This document shows, piece after piece, positions 60,082 through 64,000 of a stretch of 64,000 nucleotides of DNA (position 1 is the first letter of the stretch; every line of letters starts with the position of its first letter). The notes below the pieces were generated by a model. The model was not told where the DNA came from. It did not search any database and was given only the letters and a program-made list of their open reading frames with translations. Source of the stretch: an uncultured Chloroflexia bacterium (GTDB lineage: Bacteria; Chloroflexota; Chloroflexia; QHBQ01; JADMIH01); assembly GCA_963797095.1 (NCBI GenBank), contig CAWCNY010000003.1:512001-576000 (forward strand). The letters are read 5' to 3'. The position numbers and the translations under genes were made by a program.

Positions 60082-61606
60082 TTCATCATAACAGCAGCCA
60101 CGAGGGAGGAAATCGAGGCTATTCAACCTCATGTGGTAGCCTGGCTGGCCGAGCGCGGACTCGAACTCAACACCGAGAAAACCCATATCCGCAACATTGC
60201 AGATGGTTTCGACTTCTTGGGTTTCAACATCCGTCGCTACGGCACGAAATGCCTAATCAAGCCCCAGAAGGAAAAGGTGCAGACCAAACTGCGTGAAATC
60301 AAGCAGTGGCTGGTCACGCATCCGAACGTTGGTCCCGACGACGTGATTGACGTGCTAAACCCGATTCTGAGGGGTTGGGCGAACTACTACAAGCATGGGG
60401 TGAGCAAGAAGATGTTCGCCACCTTCAGCCACCGGTTAGTGTTACTACTTATCCGATGGGCGAGACGGCGACACCCGGGTAAGGGTCCACGGTGGGTACT
60501 TCCGCGTTACTTCACGAGAGTAGGCGGGAACAACTGGGTCTTCTACGCCAAGACAAAGAACCGGCACGGTAAGATGACGAAGACCTATCTGTATCGGATA
60601 GGGCAGACGCCAATTACTCGCCACATCAAAGTCAAAGGCGCAGCATCCCCAGACGACCCAACGCTGGGCGAATACTGGGCGGCACGGCAGACAAGATATG
60701 GCAAAAGCTATTTTGCTGTGGGGTCAAAGCTATACCGGGTAGCCGCAAAGCAGCACTGGCGATGTCCCCTGTGCCGAATGCACTTGTTCAATGAAGAGCG
60801 TATTCATATTCACCATGAGCAATCGGTAGCAGACGGTGGAACAGATGAGGAGGAAAACCTCAGCATCTTACACGAAGTCTGCCACCGCGCAACATTTGGT
60901 AGAAGACCCGCAGTAAAGTCGGTGGAAGCCTGAGCCGGATGATCGGCGACGGTCTTGTCCGGTTCTGTGAGGAGGGAGGCGGGGCGACCCGCTCTCCCTT
61001 ACTCGATAAGTACCTGCTCTGCCTTGAACTGACCGACCCTGGTTTTGACCATACCGTGTTCAGCGAGTTTCGCACTCGCCTGTTGGATCACAACGCTGAG
61101 CGCCAACTGTTCGACACCATGCTTGCACTCGCTCAAGACCGGGGTCTGCTCAAAGCCGGTGGCCGTCAGCGCAGCGACTTAACTCATGTCCTAAGTGCTG
61201 CACGCACCCTCAACCGGCTGGAATGTGTTACCGAAACCCTACGTCACGCCCTCAATGTGCTAGCGACCTCCGTCCCGCAGTGGCTACGAGCACACACTAC
61301 ACCAGAGTGGGTGGAGCGCTATGGCTTACGTGCCAGTGAATTTCGGCTGCCCAAAGGCGATGCCAAACGGCTGGCGTGGGTTGAGCAAGTTGGGCGCGAT
61401 GGGATGGCCTTGCTCGATGCCATCTACGCAGCAGACCCGGCAGACCCGGCAGACCCGGCAAATGGTCCAACTCCAGCCTCTTTGCGCGAGGTGCGGGGTC
61501 TTGAGTAGGTGCAGATACTGCGCCGGGTTTGGATCCAGAAGTTCTGGATGAACCAGGATCAATTGCAATGGCGCGACAACGACAACACCCCACCAAGCGG
61601 CACTTA

Positions 61607-62893
61607 GGAGCCTTCCGCAGATAAGGTGATCAAAGTAGCTGAGGCTTGATAGTGTAGTTCCATTCCCCGTGGAAGGCATCTTTGAACAGATTGAGGGCAG
61701 CCACTTGCTCATCAGTGACCTTGATCCCTGTCGGATATGCATGGCTGTCCTTGAGCGCCCTCACCACTAACCCCTCTTGGGTGGTAGTATGCGAGATCAG
61801 TTCCAACACCACTTCCATAGACGTGAGCGGGGTGGCCCGCCAATTTATTGATATGTACGAAAACACTCGATGCTCTATCTTGTTCCATTTGCTGGTAGCA
61901 GGGGGATAATGCGCCACCGTGATGGCCAGTTGTTCTTCATTGGCCAGTGCCTGTAGCTTTTGCTTCCACAGGCGGTTTCTCACCCCATTGGAGCCTCCTC
62001 CATCAGCGGTGATCAGCAGTTCCTTTTTGCCTGGATAGAGGGTTTTGCCCCACTTCTGCCACCACCTGCGGATACTCTCCACCGCAAACTCAGCCGTATC
62101 ATGGTCAATACCCACATTCACAAACCCCACGTTCACAAACCCCACGTTATGCACCAGGTCATATATCCCGTAGGGGATGGCCTTGCCATCGGCCAGGGAA
62201 ACAAAGTCATACACCGATACCACCCTCTCTTCCCCTTGAGCCTGCCATTCCCGTCCGTTGTTCCTGAACTGGCCTATCAACTCCTTCTTCTTGCAGTCAA
62301 CGGAGATGATAGGAGCGCCTTTGTGTTCAAACTCTTTGCACCGAGCGTTGATGTGAGTAAATTGCTCATCCCGGTCAGGGTGCGATTGGCCTTCGATATT
62401 CTTCTTGTTGACGCGCAGAGAAAATCTCTGCTCGTGCAGCAATTCGGCCAGTGCTGACTTCTTGATGTGATGCCCTTTGCCTTCAAGGGCTTGCACCAGG
62501 TGTGCCAACGATTTGGTGGTCCATCGTACAAGGCTCATCGGGTCACCCTTGGGTTCCAATTCCCTCTCCAGATCGGGGAGCAGGGTGGGATCGGTCTGTG
62601 CAAGCTTTTTCATGCCCCCACCAGGCTTGCGGATGCGTTCTCCTGGTTGATAGTTGTCCCCTGCCTCCCGTTCTTTCAGACCCCGCTTGACCGTGTTGAG
62701 GGAGACCCCTGCCTCCCGAGCTACTGTGCTGGTGCTTCCTCTGCGTTGAGCCTCGGCTGCCAGGTACTGTCTCCACTGCTTCTCATTTAGCAGTGTCCGA
62801 AGCTGTTGGTATTCTTGTTCGGTCGAGAGCTTTTCCATACTCTCTATCTTCGCATATCTCCCTCTCTATGTCAACTAATTCTCGGAAGGCTCC
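61607..62893 (-). mobile_element. ISAzo13-family element, 3-bp TSD TTA
   Basis: IRs GGAGCCTTCCG / CGGAAGGCTCC; removal restores PSGT|YINSPYD of the IS1182 transposase. Confidence 0.92.
61630..62838 (-). CDS. ISAzo13 transposase
   Basis: GDPMSLVRWTTKS, ISVDCKKKE, ITADGGGSNG, HYPPATSKWNKIEHR, FHGEWNY. Confidence 0.95.
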   Translation of the reverse strand: MEKLSTEQEYQQLRTLLNEKQWRQYLAAEAQRRGSTSTVAREAGVSLNTVKRGLKEREAGDNYQPGERIRKPGGGMKKLAQTDPTLLPDLERELEPKGDPMSLVRWTTKSLAHLVQALEGKGHHIKKSALAELLHEQRFSLRVNKKNIEGQSHPDRDEQFTHINARCKEFEHKGAPIISVDCKKKELIGQFRNNGREWQAQGEERVVSVYDFVSLADGKAIPYGIYDLVHNVGFVNVGFVNVGIDHDTAEFAVESIRRWWQKWGKTLYPGKKELLITADGGGSNGVRNRLWKQKLQALANEEQLAITVAHYPPATSKWNKIEHRVFSYISINWRATPLTSMEVVLELISHTTTQEGLVVRALKDSHAYPTGIKVTDEQVAALNLFKDAFHGEWNYTIKPQLL

Positions 62894-64000
62894 TTACATC
62901 AACTCGCCTTATGACATTGATATACGCTACGCTCACAAAGGCTCCATCACCTGGACCGGCTTCAAGGTGCATCTGACCGAGACTTGTGACGATGAAGGAC
63001 CAAACTTGATTACCAACGTTGAAACCACTTCGGCCTCAGTAGCGGATGACGCTGTAACCGGGTCAATTCATGCTTCTTTGGCTGAGCACCAGTTGCTACC
63101 CGACAAGCATGTCGCCGACACGGGGTTCGTCAATTCGAAGCTGTTCGTCGAGAGTACACAAGAATACGGCATCACCCGGATCGGTCCGATGCGCTCTGAC
63201 AACAATTGGCAGGCTAAAGAAGGAGGCGGTTTCTCGGCACAGGACTTTGTGATTGATTGGGCGCAACAACGAGCCATCTGTCCACAAGGCCAAGTCAGCA
63301 GCAGTTGGACCAAAGCACTAGACCGTGTGAAGAACGAGGTCATCAAGATCAAGTTTGGCAAGCACGAATGTGGGGTCTGTCCGAGCGTAGCAAGATGCAC
63401 GCGATCAGACCCGCCGCGACGAAGCATCAGTATCAGACCGCAAGCGCAGCACGAGGCATTGGTGGCTGGACGGCGACATGAACAAAGTGAGGAATTCAAG
63501 CAAGAATATGCGCGACGGGCGGGGGTAGAAGGGACAATTGCGCAAGGGGTGCGGTCGTGCGGGCTGCGTGGTTCGCGCTACTATGGATTGGCAAAGAACC
63601 ATCTACAACACCTGATGATAGCGGCGGGAATAAACCTGATAAGGATTGTACGCTGGCTCATGGGCGAGGAGAAGGCCAAAACTCCTGTGTCTGCGTTCGC
63701 ACGTTTGTATCAGCAGGCCGCATGATCACTATTCGCCACCAATATCAAAGTGCGGATGAACCCCTTTCCCCTTTTTCGTTATCAAATGGCTCCCTTTTCT
63801 ATTGACAAAATCACCAGTTCAGCGAAGAGCAGATAATTGGGATCCTGCGGGAAGCCGAGGCAGGTCAGAAAGTGGCCGATGTCTGCCGCAAGTACGGAGT
63901 AAGCCAGAGCACCTTCCAGAGGTGGCGGCCCATCCTCTGTAAGGGCACTGCGTACCGCCAGACAGTAACCAAGGATCGCCTTTCCCAAGTCCTGGGCCTC

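Larger units (their letters stand above)
55178..60933 (+). pseudogene. Outer intron-encoded RT/maturase/HNH protein in three pieces (55178-55563, 57049-57574, 60082-60933)
   Basis: Pieces join in frame to 1764 nt (587 aa): GKKTAGIDG, IPK|ANGKQRPIGI, SYGFRPGR, DADIRGAFD, QGSVVSPLLANI, RFADD|FII, FDFLGF, HNH. Confidence 0.92.
54597..61007 (+). mobile_element. Group II intron (outer; CL-class/IIB-like IEP), 5' terminus lost, inserted in an IS1182 transposase
   Basis: Domain V GAGCCGGATGATCGGCGACGGTCTTGTCCGGTTC from 60932, domain VI ending ACTCGAT at 61007; candidate EBS1 hairpin at 54872-54898. Confidence 0.88.
61008..63746 (+). mobile_element. IS1182-family element, 5' part missing; transposase pseudogene (61008-61606 + 62897-63725, internal TAG at 61506)
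   Basis: KYLLCLELTDPGFDHTVFSEFR, INSPYD, WTGFKVHLTETC, ADTGF, YARRAGVEGTI; probable right IR TTCGCCACCAATATC. Confidence 0.85.
47459..63813 (+). mobile_element. IS21-like shell (ends only; istAB not present), 6-bp TSD CCAGTT
   Basis: TSD at 47453-47458 and 63814-63819; left end TGTTTCTGATAATG|TAAAAGGGG; right end ...ATGGCTCCCTTTTCTATTGACAAAATCA; both closely resemble the intact IS21 ends. Confidence 0.85.
47364..63926 (+). mobile_element. IS3-family (IS407-like) element, outermost layer; orfA interrupted in codon 6; right end not in window
   Basis: Left end TGACCTAGCCCC; AAGGAG RBS; ATG at 47442; joining 47442-47458 to 63820 onward gives MKRGQFSEEQIIGILREAEAGQKVADVCRKYGVSQSTFQRW. Confidence 0.85.

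Noticed and set aside
55178-60933. RT genes as retron, DGR or defence RTs
   Set aside because: Both have maturase/HNH regions and flanking group II intron domains V/VI; no TR/VR pair or msr-msd structure was seen.
62840-62858. CTCTATCTTCGCATAT resembling the IS701-like IR inside ISAzo13
   Set aside because: Single partial match in the RBS/leader region with no partner IR or TSD.
60939-63725. ORFs 60939-61508 and 62793-63725 as independent genes
   Set aside because: Their N-termini are intron domain V/VI and ISAzo13 end sequence; they are fragments of one interrupted IS1182 transposase.

Overview
Bacterial genomic window, probably Chloroflexota (inferred from the gene families; no marker gene is present). 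It has three parts. (1) 1-27 kb is GC-rich accessory/housekeeping DNA: a 2108-aa alpha-2-macroglobulin-like surface protein with no thioester, a hybrid histidine kinase plus HD-GYP response regulator, a MerR-HTH/VWA pair, an orphan pstS, a 2H phosphoesterase, an amidase, a NarL-type two-component pair with a 25-bp VNTR upstream, ArsR-MFS, and ferritin-like, NADAR and P-loop kinase genes. (2) 27-47.3 kb holds a multi-GAF histidine kinase divergent from a Wzy-type exopolysaccharide cluster (co-polymerase, degenerate BY-kinase, degenerate YvcK/CofD homologue, GH44, two CelD/BcsL GNATs, GT4, GT2, O-acetyltransferase, deacetylase). (3) 47.3-64 kb is a 'Russian-doll' stack of at least 10 mobile elements nested five deep, which can be reconstructed from inverted repeats and target-site duplications: IS3/IS407 > IS21-like shell > [IS701-like > cargo-carrying IS21; IS3; IS1182 > (group II intron > IS4 + second group II intron; ISAzo13)]. 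The inner intron sits exactly after the FADD catalytic codons of the outer intron's reverse transcriptase and carries a matching EBS1. The outer intron's EBS1 matches the conserved DW|KY site of the IS1182 transposase. Several single-base frameshifts look like sequencing or assembly errors. No rRNA, tRNA or CRISPR array was seen.
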